Positions 38,674-48,348 of a DNA stretch of 64,000 nt are shown piece by piece. The DNA is from an uncultured Gemmatimonadota bacterium (GTDB taxonomy: Bacteria; JAAXHH01). The notes below the pieces were generated by a model, which worked only from the letters and a program-made list of their open reading frames with translations, made no database searches and was not told where the DNA came from. Location of the stretch: the NCBI GenBank assembly GCA_951812955.1, contig OX638340.1, forward strand, positions 2,016,001-2,080,000. Direction: 5' to 3'. The position numbers and the translations under genes were made by a program. Positions within the stretch are counted from its first letter, which is position 1. Every line of letters begins with the position of its first letter.

Positions 38674-40644
38674 TCACCGCCCGGTTCGCGCGAAAGCAAC
38701 GAGCGACGCTTCTTCCCCTGAACCCGTTGCGATGACGACGAACTGCCGACCCGACCGGGTACGGTACGTCATCGGGTTCCCGTTTGCAGGATACGTCGTC
38801 CCGCCGCGCCAGATCTCGGCGCCGGTCGTCTTGTCGAAGGCGTACAGGTACGGATCGCCGCCGCCGAGGAATACGACGCCGCCCCGGGTCACCATCGGCC
38901 CGGAGTTCCCGATCGTGCCCATCCGCTCCGGCAGGTCGACACCGCTAAGCAACGGATGCTCGCGGATCTCCTCGCTACCTTCCCCGAACGGCACCCGCCA
39001 CGCAATCTCTCCCGCGTGAAGGTCAATCGCCACCAGGTGCGCGTAGGGTGGTTTGGTGAGCGGGATCGGGCCGAGTGGCCTCTCTGGGGCCTCCGCGGCA
39101 CCTGGGCCGCCGACCTCCCTGTACATGACGAGCGTCGCGCCAAAGGGACAGTTGTTGCTGTATTCCACGTCGACGCGCGGGTCGTCGCCCGTATTCTCGC
39201 AGAGCTGGTTCGTGTCGGCCTCCTCCGAAGTCCGCACGTACAGTATTCCGGTCTCGGGGTCGAAGGCCGCCCCGCCCCAGTTCGCTCCGCCGCTCGCGCC
39301 CGGGCGCTGGAGCGTCCCCCGGAGACTCGGCGGGGTGAATAGAGGACCCATCCGAAACTGCTTCATCTCTGCCACCGCGAGCGCATGGATCTCCGGTGTC
39401 AGGTCGTTCGCGTCGTCGAGCGACACCCCCTGCCTGCCGAATGGCGGCGGTTTGGTCGGGAACGGCTGCGTCGGATACAGCACCTCGCCAGGCACGTCCG
39501 TGGTCGTGTCCACGGCACGCTCCTCGATCGGCCATACCGGCTCACCTGTGACCCGGTCGAGCACGAATGTGAAGCCGTTTTTAGCTACTTGGGCCACCGC
39601 GTCGATTTCGCGGCCGCCCACCGTGATCGTCACCAGGTTCGGCGCCGCGGCCAAGTCGTAGTCCCACACGCCGTGGTGCACGGTCTGGAAGTGCCACCGC
39701 CGTTCGCCTGTGCGTGCGTCGAGACACACGAGGGACTCGGCGAAAAGATTCGCCCCCGGGCGTCGGCCTCCCCAGTAGTCGCTGCTTGGCGTGCTCGTCG
39801 GCGCATAGAGGAGTCCCCGCTCGGCGTCGAGCGACATCAGTCCCCACACGTTGGCGTGACCGCTATAACGCCAGGACTCGTCCTCCCAGGTCTCTGCACC
39901 GAAGTCGTCGCCTGATTGCGGGACAGTGAAGAATACCCAACGACGCTCGCCCGTTCGTACGTCGAAGGCCTGCACGGTTCCGGGCGGGTCAAACTTTCGC
40001 TGCACCCCGTCGGGCACCCGGCTCCCCACGATGACCAGATCTTCGAACACCACCGGAGGCGAGGTCTGGTCAAACTCATATCGGCTCACCTCGCGGCCAT
40101 GTCCCCTGGTCAACAGCACGCTCCCGTTCTCGCCAAAGTCCCTGACCAGTTTTCCGGTCACAGCGTTGATCGAATACAGCCGATCGCGGCTGTTGAGGAA
40201 TACACGGACAGCGCCTTCGTCTTTCCAGATAGCGATGCCCCGGTGCTTGAATCCGGTCGGCCCCGCACCTTCCTGCCCACCCTCGTACGCCCTGGGATCG
40301 AAAGCCCAGAGCACTACGCCAGTTTCGGCGTCAAGCGCAACGACGCGCGTGTACATGGTCGTCAGGTAGAGGACGTCACCCATCATGACGGGCGTTGCCT
40401 GGAAAGGCCCCGGTCGCGTGCCGTATTCCTGGAGGGGCGTCTCGTTTGGCTTCCACTCCCAGACGATCTCCAGATCACCGGCGTTGGCCGCCGTTATTTC
40501 TGCCGCCGCCGAGTACTTGGTGTGCTCCTGGTCGGACCCGACAAAGGGCCACTCGGCCATGACTGTCGGTTCCTGGGCGACCGAATTCCCTGTGTTCGCG
40601 AGGGAAAATGATATCAATAACGCTGTTGCAAGAATTCGTTTCAT
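38674..40644 (-). CDS. PQQ-dependent dehydrogenase, periplasmic (glucose/quinate dehydrogenase-like 8-bladed propeller)
   Basis: Signal peptide. N-terminal EWPFVGSDQEHTKYSAAAEITAANAGDLEIVWEW matches the quinoprotein xDxxxxRYSPLxQI...L..AW signature. Repeated W-containing propeller motifs; C-terminal AFDKTTGAEIWRG. Confidence 0.7.
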   Translation of the reverse strand: MKRILATALLISFSLANTGNSVAQEPTVMAEWPFVGSDQEHTKYSAAAEITAANAGDLEIVWEWKPNETPLQEYGTRPGPFQATPVMMGDVLYLTTMYTRVVALDAETGVVLWAFDPRAYEGGQEGAGPTGFKHRGIAIWKDEGAVRVFLNSRDRLYSINAVTGKLVRDFGENGSVLLTRGHGREVSRYEFDQTSPPVVFEDLVIVGSRVPDGVQRKFDPPGTVQAFDVRTGERRWVFFTVPQSGDDFGAETWEDESWRYSGHANVWGLMSLDAERGLLYAPTSTPSSDYWGGRRPGANLFAESLVCLDARTGERRWHFQTVHHGVWDYDLAAAPNLVTITVGGREIDAVAQVAKNGFTFVLDRVTGEPVWPIEERAVDTTTDVPGEVLYPTQPFPTKPPPFGRQGVSLDDANDLTPEIHALAVAEMKQFRMGPLFTPPSLRGTLQRPGASGGANWGGAAFDPETGILYVRTSEEADTNQLCENTGDDPRVDVEYSNNCPFGATLVMYREVGGPGAAEAPERPLGPIPLTKPPYAHLVAIDLHAGEIAWRVPFGEGSEEIREHPLLSGVDLPERMGTIGNSGPMVTRGGVVFLGGGDPYLYAFDKTTGAEIWRGGTTYPANGNPMTYRTRSGRQFVVIATGSGEEASLVAFARTGR

Positions 40645-41048
40645 TATATCGGCAGTTCTTGAAAACCGCTTTGACTTCAGGAATCGCAGGTACGTATCCC
40701 GACATGGGACGCCAGGTGAAGAACCCGAGCAAGACGCGCGCGGTTCGAGATTTGGTCATGGTATATAGTTATTAAACACAATCAAGATGAATTCGGGGGG
40801 TTTTCTTGCTGTATAGCGCTTTTTAAACAAACGAGGCGATTACAACCCGACTGGTGAATTTCTATTGTTTCTGCAGGTTGGAAATGTTAAGTTACCTGAC
40901 CTGAAACGACGATGAGGTGTCGATGCAATGTGGTAGCAACTGTTTTGGTTTTTAAACTCGTGCGACAGTCAAAAACCCTGTCAACATTGGCCAGGGGAAC
41001 GAATTGTTGTGGGCATATTGGCGGTATTCGAGTATGCGACAATACCTG

Positions 41049-41134
41049 GGAGAGGTGCGAGAGCGGTCGAATCGGCACGCCTGGAGAGCGTGTGTTCACC
41101 ATGTGGACCGTGGGTTCGAATCCCACCCTCTCCG
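41049..41134 (+). tRNA. tRNA-Ser (anticodon GGA), long variable arm
   Basis: Shares its 5' 15 nt and 3' 27 nt with the tRNA-Ser(CGA) copy. Anticodon stem CACGC/GCGTG, loop CTGGAGA. No CCA encoded. Confidence 0.8.
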
Positions 41135-41229
41135 TTGAAATCCGGGAAACCGGAATTGGAACGAAGGGGGAGTCGGATCTGGCCAGTCCTTGCCGGCCAT
41201 TTGGTACCGTGCCTCGTTCCACGAAATTT

Positions 41230-41302
41230 GGGGCAGTAGCTCAGTTGGGAGAGCGCCAGAATCGCAATCTGGAGGTCGGCGGTTCGATTCCGCTCTGCTC
41301 CA
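41230..41302 (+). tRNA. tRNA-Ala (anticodon CGC)
   Basis: Acceptor GGGGCAG/CTGCTCC with the G3:U70 Ala identity pair. Anticodon stem CCAGA/TCTGG, loop ATCGCAA, T-loop TTCGATT. Confidence 0.8.
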
Positions 41303-41376
41303 CTCGAGACGACGTGGCCGGCGTGATCATCAGACGGCCGTCCATGTCGTCCCGTAATACAGGCTTGGTACGAATA

Positions 41377-41661
41377 CGGTCGTGCTAGACGGGGAGTTAG
41401 CGGTGCCCTGTAACCCGCAATCCGCTACAGCGGGGTCGAATTCCCATCCCAAGGATCGCACTTGCGTCGCCGGTATGCGTTACAGCCGGTATTGAAAGTC
41501 AGGTCCTGCGCAACGTGACAACGCCCAACTCCGTCAGGACCGGAAGGTAGCAGCGGTAAGCGACTGAATCGTGTGCCGCGGGAGCGCCTGGCCGGAGCCG
41601 GCGGTACGGATGCCCCGATACGAGGAGATTCGAGGGTGGGTGCACGACCGCTTAACTGTTT
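41377..41661 (+). ncRNA. ffs: Signal recognition particle RNA, long (Bacillus-type) form with Alu domain
   Basis: 5' GGTCGTGCTAGACGGGGAG...GGTGCCCTGTAACCCGCAATCCGCTACAGCGGGGTCGAATTCCC closely resembles the B. subtilis scRNA Alu domain from memory. The S-domain core GTCAGGACCGGAAGGTAGCAGC...GTGTGCCGCGGGAGCGCCTGGCC matches the 4.5S consensus with a GGAA tetraloop. The 3' end GGGTGCACGACC pairs with the 5' end. Sits immediately upstream of dnaX, as in Bacillus. Confidence 0.8.
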
Positions 41662-41702
41662 CCTCTTGATTTCGCCTGCCTTTCGTCCCGCTTAACCCAG
41701 GC

Positions 41703-43721
41703 ATGGAGGTTTGGGCATTGGCCTACGAAGTCACGGCCCGAAAGTGGCGTCCCCAGGCATTCGACGGCGTAATCGGCCAGGACCACGTCACCACCACGCT
41801 GAAAAACGCCATACAGGCCGGCCAGATCGCCCATGCTTATCTGTTCGCCGGACCGCGCGGCGTGGGAAAGACGACCACGGCCCGCATCCTGGCCAAGGCC
41901 CTGAACTGCGTCGATGGCCCCACCGTGACGCCCTGCAACGCCTGCACGTTCTGCCATGAGATCTCGGAAGGACGCAGCGTCGACGTGCTGGAAATCGACG
42001 GCGCGTCCAACAACCGGGTCGAGCAGGTTCGCTCGCACCTGCTCGAGAGCGTCAAGTACACGCCCAGCCAGGGCAAGCACAAGATCTACATCATCGATGA
42101 AGTGCACATGCTCACCAAGGAGGCCTTCAACGCGTTGTTGAAGACGCTGGAAGAGCCGCCGGCCCACGTTTACTTCATCTTCGCGACGACCGATCCCCGG
42201 AAAGTGCTCCCCACCGTGCTTTCCCGATGCCAGCGATTCGACTTCCGGCGCATATCGGGGCCCACCATCGTGGAACACCTTGCCATGATCAGCGACAAGA
42301 GCGGGTACGGCGTGCAGCGCGAGGCCCTGGCCCTGATCGCGCGGAGGGTGGACGGCAGCATGCGGGACGCCGAAAGCCTGCTGGACCAGGTCGTCGCCTT
42401 CGGCGGCTCCGGGTTGACCGCCAGCGAGGCGGCGGAGGTCCTGGGCATCGTGGATCAGGACGTCTATTTCGAGTTGCTGGACACCGTGGCGGATCAGGAC
42501 GTCCCGAAGGGGCTGGACCTGGTCGACCGGATCTTCCGCCAGGGCCACGACCTCGAAGAGATCATCCTGGGGATCCTGGAACACCTGCGCAACCTGCTCG
42601 TAGTCAAGGCGGCGCCGGAGGTGGAAGCGCTTATCGGCGATGCCGCGCTGGAGCTCGGCCGCTACAGGGAACAGGTCGAACGATTCGATACGGAAGACCT
42701 GCTCAGGCTATCGCAACTGGCTACGCAAATGGAGGAGGCCGTCAAGCAAAGCGCGCTGCCCAGGGTGCAACTCGAGACGGGTATCGTCCGCATGATACGC
42801 ATGTCGCGATCCGTGCAACTGACGGACGTTATGACTCGGCTGTCCGAAATGGCCCGGCGCGTGGGATCCCAGGAGGATGACGTCGATGCGTCCGAAGTAG
42901 CGCGTCCCGTAGGAACAAGCCCGCCCGCCATATCGCGGGATTCGTCCCCGGAAGATGATCCGCCGGCCTCACGGGACGCTACTGATTCAGCGACTTCGTC
43001 CGGCAAGACGGCCACAGCCCCGTCTTCCCGGTCTGCCGAAACCCCGTCTTCCCGGACTGCGGATCCACCGCGTGACACAGCGCCGGAAACGTCTGTTCAG
43101 GAGGTTCGCGGCCCGGCTGCATCCGCGGGATCATCGACGTCCACCACGACTGCGCCGATACTGGAACTGCGGACGGTCCAAGACCGTTGGTCCGCGGTCG
43201 TGGAAGAGGTCACCAGGCAACGAAGCGTCCTGGGGGGCCAGTTGAAGGAAGCCGAGCTTACGGGTTGGTCGCCGGCAGATCACTCCGGGTCGGGAGGACC
43301 CGCCACGATTACGCTCAGGTTCGGGCCCGGGCAGGACTTTCATAAGCAACGGACGGAAAAACGCGAAAACGCAGCGCTGATACAGTCGGTATGCTCCGAT
43401 ATCCTGGGGGTCCGGGTACGGATCGTATGCGAGATCGACGAAATCGACGCGGCGAAGGATACCGGGTCGGGAACGGATGCCGGCCTGGGAACGGACGAAG
43501 TCGAGCCGGGAACGGACCACATCAAAAACACGGCGGATGACGCCGGACCGGTCATGGACCCGCATTCCGGCATTGATGAAGATCCTTTCGGGGAACAACG
43601 GGAAAACGCGGCGACAGGCAAAACCGTCAGGCAGGCGGCAGATGCCCGCGCTGGCGCCGCGAAAGATCCGGCCGTCATGAAGATCGTCCAGGCTTTCGAC
43701 GGCCAGATTATAACGGACTGA
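41703..43721 (+). CDS. dnaX: DNA polymerase III subunit gamma/tau
   Basis: N-terminus RKWRPQAFDGVIGQDHV, Walker A GPRGVGKTTTARILAKALNC, clamp-loader box motifs. Long Ser/Thr/Pro-rich linker with 24-bp tandem repeats. Confidence 0.9.
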   Translation: MEVWALAYEVTARKWRPQAFDGVIGQDHVTTTLKNAIQAGQIAHAYLFAGPRGVGKTTTARILAKALNCVDGPTVTPCNACTFCHEISEGRSVDVLEIDGASNNRVEQVRSHLLESVKYTPSQGKHKIYIIDEVHMLTKEAFNALLKTLEEPPAHVYFIFATTDPRKVLPTVLSRCQRFDFRRISGPTIVEHLAMISDKSGYGVQREALALIARRVDGSMRDAESLLDQVVAFGGSGLTASEAAEVLGIVDQDVYFELLDTVADQDVPKGLDLVDRIFRQGHDLEEIILGILEHLRNLLVVKAAPEVEALIGDAALELGRYREQVERFDTEDLLRLSQLATQMEEAVKQSALPRVQLETGIVRMIRMSRSVQLTDVMTRLSEMARRVGSQEDDVDASEVARPVGTSPPAISRDSSPEDDPPASRDATDSATSSGKTATAPSSRSAETPSSRTADPPRDTAPETSVQEVRGPAASAGSSTSTTTAPILELRTVQDRWSAVVEEVTRQRSVLGGQLKEAELTGWSPADHSGSGGPATITLRFGPGQDFHKQRTEKRENAALIQSVCSDILGVRVRIVCEIDEIDAAKDTGSGTDAGLGTDEVEPGTDHIKNTADDAGPVMDPHSGIDEDPFGEQRENAATGKTVRQAADARAGAAKDPAVMKIVQAFDGQIITD

Positions 43722-43765
43722 AACCCGTCAGGGGCAACCGGGCGTGTAAAGGAAAGGATGAGGTT

Positions 43766-44083
43766 ATGGCAAAAGGCATGTCGGGCATGATGAAGCGCGT
43801 TCAGAGAATGCAGAAGAAGATGATGCAGCTTCAAGAAGAAATCGCCGGGCGCCGGGTCGAAGGCACGGCCGGCGGCGGCATGGTCACCGCGGTGGTCGAC
43901 GGCAAGCTGAACGTCGTTGAGCTCAGGATCGATCCGGCCGTGGTGGACGCCGATGACGTGGGGATGCTTGAGGATCTCGTACTGGCTGCCGTCAGCCAGG
44001 GTCAGCAGAAGGCGCAGGAAATGATGGATCAGGAGATGGGCCAGATCACCGGCGGACTCAACTTACCCGGCCTGGGTCAGTAA
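43766..44083 (+). CDS. ybaB: Nucleoid-associated protein YbaB/EbfC
   Basis: 105 aa with the MMKRVQRMQKKMMQLQEE pattern. Canonical position between dnaX and recR. Confidence 0.85.
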   Translation: MAKGMSGMMKRVQRMQKKMMQLQEEIAGRRVEGTAGGGMVTAVVDGKLNVVELRIDPAVVDADDVGMLEDLVLAAVSQGQQKAQEMMDQEMGQITGGLNLPGLGQ

Positions 44084-44139
44084 CGCCCCGTCACGCGGCG
44101 TACCACTGAACCCGGCACAACGCATCAGGAATCGAAAGC

Positions 44140-44742
44140 ATGGCGCGCAAGTACAGTTCCGAGGCCCTGGCCATCCTGGTGGACGAACTGAGCCGCCTGC
44201 CCAACATCGGCAGGGTGACGGCCCAGCGGCTGGCCTTCCATATTCTGAAGGGACCGGCCGAACGCGCCTTCTCGTTGTCCGACGCCATTCGGGCGGTAAA
44301 GGAAAGGGTCCGGTACTGCGACGTGTGCTGGAACATCACCGAGTCCGAGACCTGCGAGATCTGTCACGACGCCCGGCGAAAACCGGAGACCATCTGCGTC
44401 GTGGAAGAACCACGGGACGTAATTACGCTCGAAAGCACCGGTGAGTACCGCGGCCTGTACCACGTGCTCCACGGCGCGCTTTCGCCTCTCGACAACATCA
44501 CCCCGGATGACATACGCGCCCGGGAGCTCATGCAGCGTATGGGCGAATCGGTGGAGGAGGTTATCATCGCGACCAATCCCAATATCGAGGGAGAGGCCAC
44601 CGCGCTCTACCTGAGCCGCCTGATCAAACCGCTGGGCGTACGGGTTACCCGCCTCGCCCGCGGTCTTCCCATGGGAGGCGATCTGGAATACGCCGACGAA
44701 GTGACCCTGGCCCGCGCCCTGGAAGGCCGTACAGAGTTGTAA
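44140..44742 (+). CDS. recR: Recombination protein RecR
   Basis: C4 zinc finger CDVCWNITESETCEICHD and a Toprim domain. 200 aa. Confidence 0.9.
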   Translation: MARKYSSEALAILVDELSRLPNIGRVTAQRLAFHILKGPAERAFSLSDAIRAVKERVRYCDVCWNITESETCEICHDARRKPETICVVEEPRDVITLESTGEYRGLYHVLHGALSPLDNITPDDIRARELMQRMGESVEEVIIATNPNIEGEATALYLSRLIKPLGVRVTRLARGLPMGGDLEYADEVTLARALEGRTEL

Positions 44743-44793
44743 CACGGAACAGTATCGCGATCGCCGGACCGATCCGCCGATCCTCATACCGCC

Positions 44794-45378
44794 ATGAATC
44801 TGCCAAACAAACTGACCATATTCCGGATCATCCTGAGTCCCATCTTCATGGTCTTCTTCCTGGTGGATACATTGTATACGCGGTATATCGCCCTGGTGAT
44901 CTTCATGATCGCTTCGCTGACGGACCTGTACGACGGCTACCTGGCGCGGAAGACCGGCGTGATCACCAGTTTCGGCAAGTTCATGGACCCCCTGGCGGAC
45001 AAGATCCTCACGTCCACCGCCCTGATCTGCTTCGCGTCCCTCGGATACATCTACACCTGGATGGTCCTGGTCATCATCGGGAGAGACTTCATCGTGACCG
45101 GCCTGCGATGCATCGCGGCGTACCGGGGGCAGCTCATCCTGCCGACCCAGGTCGCCAAGTGGAAGACCGCTTCGCAGATGGTGGTCATCGTGATCATCCT
45201 GCTCTACATCAACGTCCAGACGACCATGGTCGCCTTCGGACAGTGGAACGGGGAGTTCGACGATATCGCCTGGTGGGTCCTCAACGGCATGGTTTTCGTC
45301 TCCATGTCGCTCACGGTCAGTTCCGGCCTCGATTACGTCGTCAAGAACCGGTCGATCTTCACCAGTCTGCTGAGGTAG
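44794..45378 (+). CDS. pgsA: CDP-diacylglycerol-glycerol-3-phosphate 3-phosphatidyltransferase
   Basis: CDP-alcohol phosphatidyltransferase motif D-x2-DG-x2-AR (DLYDGYLARK) and G-x3-D-x3-D. 194 aa with TM helices. Confidence 0.8.
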   Translation: MNLPNKLTIFRIILSPIFMVFFLVDTLYTRYIALVIFMIASLTDLYDGYLARKTGVITSFGKFMDPLADKILTSTALICFASLGYIYTWMVLVIIGRDFIVTGLRCIAAYRGQLILPTQVAKWKTASQMVVIVIILLYINVQTTMVAFGQWNGEFDDIAWWVLNGMVFVSMSLTVSSGLDYVVKNRSIFTSLLR

Positions 45379-45380
45379 GA

Positions 45381-45836
45381 ATGGGCGCATTGATCATCCT
45401 GCTGTCGACCGGATGTTACGCCGGCTACACGCCGCGCGCGCCCGGCACGGCGGGGAGCGTGCTGGGAGTCGGACTGGTCTGGATACTTGCCGGACCGCTC
45501 GGGCTGACCCTCCCGTACTACCTGCTGGCCACCGCGGTCCTGTTCGTCCTCGGCGTCTGGGTATCGAGCCACGCGGAACCCCGGTTCGGCCACGACGGGC
45601 CCGAGATCGTAATCGACGAAATCGTGGGCGTCCTGATCGTCTTCGCCGGCATGCCGATCGATCTTTGGACGGTGGTTGCGGGCTTCGTCCTGTTTCGTGT
45701 CCTGGACATATGGAAACCATTCCCCTGCGACCGGATGCAGCGCCTCCCCGCCGGGCTTGGGGTCATGATGGACGACGCCGTGGCCGCGGTCTACGCCCAT
45801 CTCCTGTTATTGCTCATTGGATGGCTCGTTATATGA
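45381..45836 (+). CDS. pgpA: Phosphatidylglycerophosphatase A
   Basis: PgpA motifs AGYTPRAPGTAGSV, IVIDEIVGVL and RVLDIWKPFP. RBS GAGGTAGGA. Stop overlaps the cinA start. Confidence 0.75.
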   Translation: MGALIILLSTGCYAGYTPRAPGTAGSVLGVGLVWILAGPLGLTLPYYLLATAVLFVLGVWVSSHAEPRFGHDGPEIVIDEIVGVLIVFAGMPIDLWTVVAGFVLFRVLDIWKPFPCDRMQRLPAGLGVMMDDAVAAVYAHLLLLLIGWLVI

Positions 45837-47101
45837 AATCCGCCGCGATCATCACGATCGGCGACGAACTGCTCTACGGTTCCGTGGTCGACACCAACGC
45901 CGCCTACATCGGCCAGCGCCTGACGGAAACCGGTATCGAACCGGTCTTTTCCATAACCGTGGGCGACGAGGGTTCCCGCATCGGCGGGGCCCTGGAAGTC
46001 GCGTGCCGGCAGGCGGACGCCGTGCTCGTAACGGGCGGCCTGGGGCCGACCCACGACGATGTGACCAAGACCGTAATCGCCGAAGCAATCGGTCAGGACC
46101 TGGTGTTTCATCCCGATATACTCGAAACCGTGGAAAGCATGTTCACCCGGCGGGGCATGGCCATGCCGGAATCGAACCGCATCCAGGCCTACATGCCAAG
46201 GCACGCCGAGGTGCTCGACAATCCCGTCGGCACGGCACCCGGCTTTCTTGCGCACCATCACGGGACCGCTGTCTTCGTCATGCCGGGCGTTCCCCGCGAG
46301 ATGAAGCAGATGCTGAACGAACAGGTGCTGCCGCGGTTGAGGGACAAAGGCGCTGGCAGGGTCATCCTGCACCGGTGGATCCGAACGACCGGAATCGGCG
46401 AATCGAGCCTTACCCAGATCATCGGCGATGTCATCGATGAGGCCAAGGACGTAAAGATAGCTTCCCTGCCCCAGGAGACCGGCGTCAACTTCCGTCTCAC
46501 GGCCGAGGGCCGCACCGGGGACGAAGCCAGGCGGCGTATCGAAGCCGTCGAAACCCGGATGGTCTCCCGGGCCGGCGAACACATATACGGCGTGGACGAC
46601 GATACGCTCGAGGAAGTGGTTGGACGTCTGTTGAAGGACGCGGGCGCAACGGTGGCGGTCGCCGAGTCCTGCACCGGCGGCCTCGTGGCATCCCGCATGA
46701 CCGACGTGCCGGGCAGTTCCGATTACCTGAAGGAAGGGGTCGTATCCTATAGCAACGCCGCGAAAATGGCGCGCCTCGAGGTGCCCGTCGGGACGATCGA
46801 CCGGTACGGCGCGGTCAGCGCGGAAACGGCGGCCGCCATGGCCACGGGTATCCGGCAGACCAGCGGCGCCACTTACGGCCTGTCCACGACCGGCGTAGCA
46901 GGACCCGGCGGCGGAACCCCCGAGAAGCCTGTGGGACTGGTCTACCTGGGACTCGCTACTGCGGACGGCGTGGAGACGCGTAAACTCTTGCTGGGTCCGG
47001 ACCGGCATGTCAACAAGACGCGAGCCGCCCTGGCCGCCCTGAATCTGCTGCGGCAGGCGCTGACCCGCGCAGCCAGTACAAATCAGCTTCCGGGGAACTG
47101 A
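45833..47101 (+). CDS. cinA: Competence/damage-inducible protein CinA (MoCF-binding plus NMN deamidase PncC domains)
   Basis: N-terminus MKSAAIITIGDELLYGSVVDTNAAYIG and a C-terminal CinA/PncC domain. 422 aa. Confidence 0.85.
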   Translation: MKSAAIITIGDELLYGSVVDTNAAYIGQRLTETGIEPVFSITVGDEGSRIGGALEVACRQADAVLVTGGLGPTHDDVTKTVIAEAIGQDLVFHPDILETVESMFTRRGMAMPESNRIQAYMPRHAEVLDNPVGTAPGFLAHHHGTAVFVMPGVPREMKQMLNEQVLPRLRDKGAGRVILHRWIRTTGIGESSLTQIIGDVIDEAKDVKIASLPQETGVNFRLTAEGRTGDEARRRIEAVETRMVSRAGEHIYGVDDDTLEEVVGRLLKDAGATVAVAESCTGGLVASRMTDVPGSSDYLKEGVVSYSNAAKMARLEVPVGTIDRYGAVSAETAAAMATGIRQTSGATYGLSTTGVAGPGGGTPEKPVGLVYLGLATADGVETRKLLLGPDRHVNKTRAALAALNLLRQALTRAASTNQLPGN

Positions 47102-47131
47102 ATGCCCGGCCGCACTGTAGAAAGGCTACCG

Positions 47132-47686
47132 ATGCGCACGTTCATCGCCGTGGAAGTTCCGGCTGCAATCAGGGACCGTATCGCGGAACTTGAAAATCGA
47201 CTGAAAGGGACGGAGACCGATATCAAGTGGGTCGAACCGGGGAATATCCACATTACGCTGAAGTTCCTGGGCAACATCGAGACGGACCAGTCGGCGGTGA
47301 TCCGGAATGGACTGTGTTCGGCGCTGGATGCCATCGACTCATTCGACTTGAAGCTGGGGCGCGTAGGCGCATTCCCGGATTTGAACCGCCCCCGCGTCTT
47401 CTGGGTTTCCGTCGATGAAGGCCGGGAGGAACTGACCGCCATGCAGCAGTGCATCGAAAGCGAATTGCACGCCTGCGGCTTCGTTCGGGAGGAAAGACCC
47501 TTTTCGCCGCACCTGACCATCGGAAGGGTTCGGTCGCCAAAGGGTCTGGCCAAACTCACCGAAAGGGTCCAGGCGACGACCTTCGAGACCGAACCGTTTC
47601 CGGTGACTCGAGTGGCAGTCGTGAAGAGCGACCTGAAACCGGACGGACCGATCTACACGGTCATCGATCACGTAGAGCTGGGATGA
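47132..47686 (+). CDS. thpR: RNA 2',3'-cyclic phosphodiesterase (2H phosphoesterase, ThpR/LigT)
   Basis: Two H-x-T-x motifs (HITLKFLG and HLTIGR). About 185 aa. Confidence 0.8.
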   Translation: MRTFIAVEVPAAIRDRIAELENRLKGTETDIKWVEPGNIHITLKFLGNIETDQSAVIRNGLCSALDAIDSFDLKLGRVGAFPDLNRPRVFWVSVDEGREELTAMQQCIESELHACGFVREERPFSPHLTIGRVRSPKGLAKLTERVQATTFETEPFPVTRVAVVKSDLKPDGPIYTVIDHVELG

Positions 47687-48348
47687 ATATGCCGACCGTT
47701 ACGGACATCAGCGCCAGAGGCAGCGGCAGACGCCGGGAACGCAAGGTCACGATCGACGGCGAACGCACCTTGACGATCACGGAAGAAACCTTCCTCCGGT
47801 TTGGACTTTTCGACGGGCTGGCAATGGACCCGGAACGGCTGCAGGAAATGGAACTGGCCGACGGCGTCGCCCGCGCCATGACGGAAGCCCACCGGCTCAT
47901 CGACCATCGTATGCGGACCCGCCGCGAACTGACGGTTAAACTCAGATCCCGCGGCCGGCCGGAGGACGTCATCGAGGAGGTTATGGACCGGCTCGAGAAC
48001 GTGGGACTCATCGACGATGGACGTTTCGCCCGGCTGTGGATCGACGAACGGCTTCGGAAAAGGCCGGTCGGACTATCCCTGCTGCGCCGCGAGTTACGTC
48101 AGAAGGGGATCGACGCCGAGATCGTCGAAGCCGCCCTGGAGGAAAGTGCATCCGGCGAAGGGGAAACCAGCCGGGCCTACGAGGCACTGCGTCGACAGGC
48201 CCATCGCTATGCCCGGCTGGACCGCGACGCGGCCCACCGCCGCATGGTCGCATTCCTGGGAAGGCGGGGGTTCGGGCAGGCCGTGATCTACAGCGTCGTC
48301 CACCGCGTACTGGACGAGATAGACGAAATAGAGGAATCCGAAAATTGA
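47683..48348 (+). CDS. recX: Regulatory protein RecX
   Basis: Three-helix repeat RecX architecture (RLWIDERLRKRPVGLSLLRRELRQKGIDAEIVEAAL). Sits directly upstream of alaS, as usual, but no recA is adjacent. Confidence 0.75.
   Translation: MNMPTVTDISARGSGRRRERKVTIDGERTLTITEETFLRFGLFDGLAMDPERLQEMELADGVARAMTEAHRLIDHRMRTRRELTVKLRSRGRPEDVIEEVMDRLENVGLIDDGRFARLWIDERLRKRPVGLSLLRRELRQKGIDAEIVEAALEESASGEGETSRAYEALRRQAHRYARLDRDAAHRRMVAFLGRRGFGQAVIYSVVHRVLDEIDEIEESEN

Noticed and set aside
40887-41388. ORFs 40887-41222(-) and 40912-41388(+) and 38325-38549(-)
   Set aside because: They overlap the tRNA-Ser/tRNA-Ala genes and the SRP RNA. RNA genes explain the region.
41703-43721. Programmed -1 frameshift site in dnaX (as in E. 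coli A-AAA-AAG)
   Set aside because: No A AAA AAG-type slippery heptamer is evident in the expected mid-gene region. The tau/gamma split, if any, would need transcript-level evidence.
48036-48344. Long N-terminal extension of alaS (MDRRTASEKAG...) overlapping recX
   Set aside because: The alaS N-terminus conserved from memory (ELRKSFTGFFADRDH...PTLLFTNAGMNQFKD) begins at the TTG at 48345. The extension is Arg/Pro-rich, low-complexity and in a different frame from recX.
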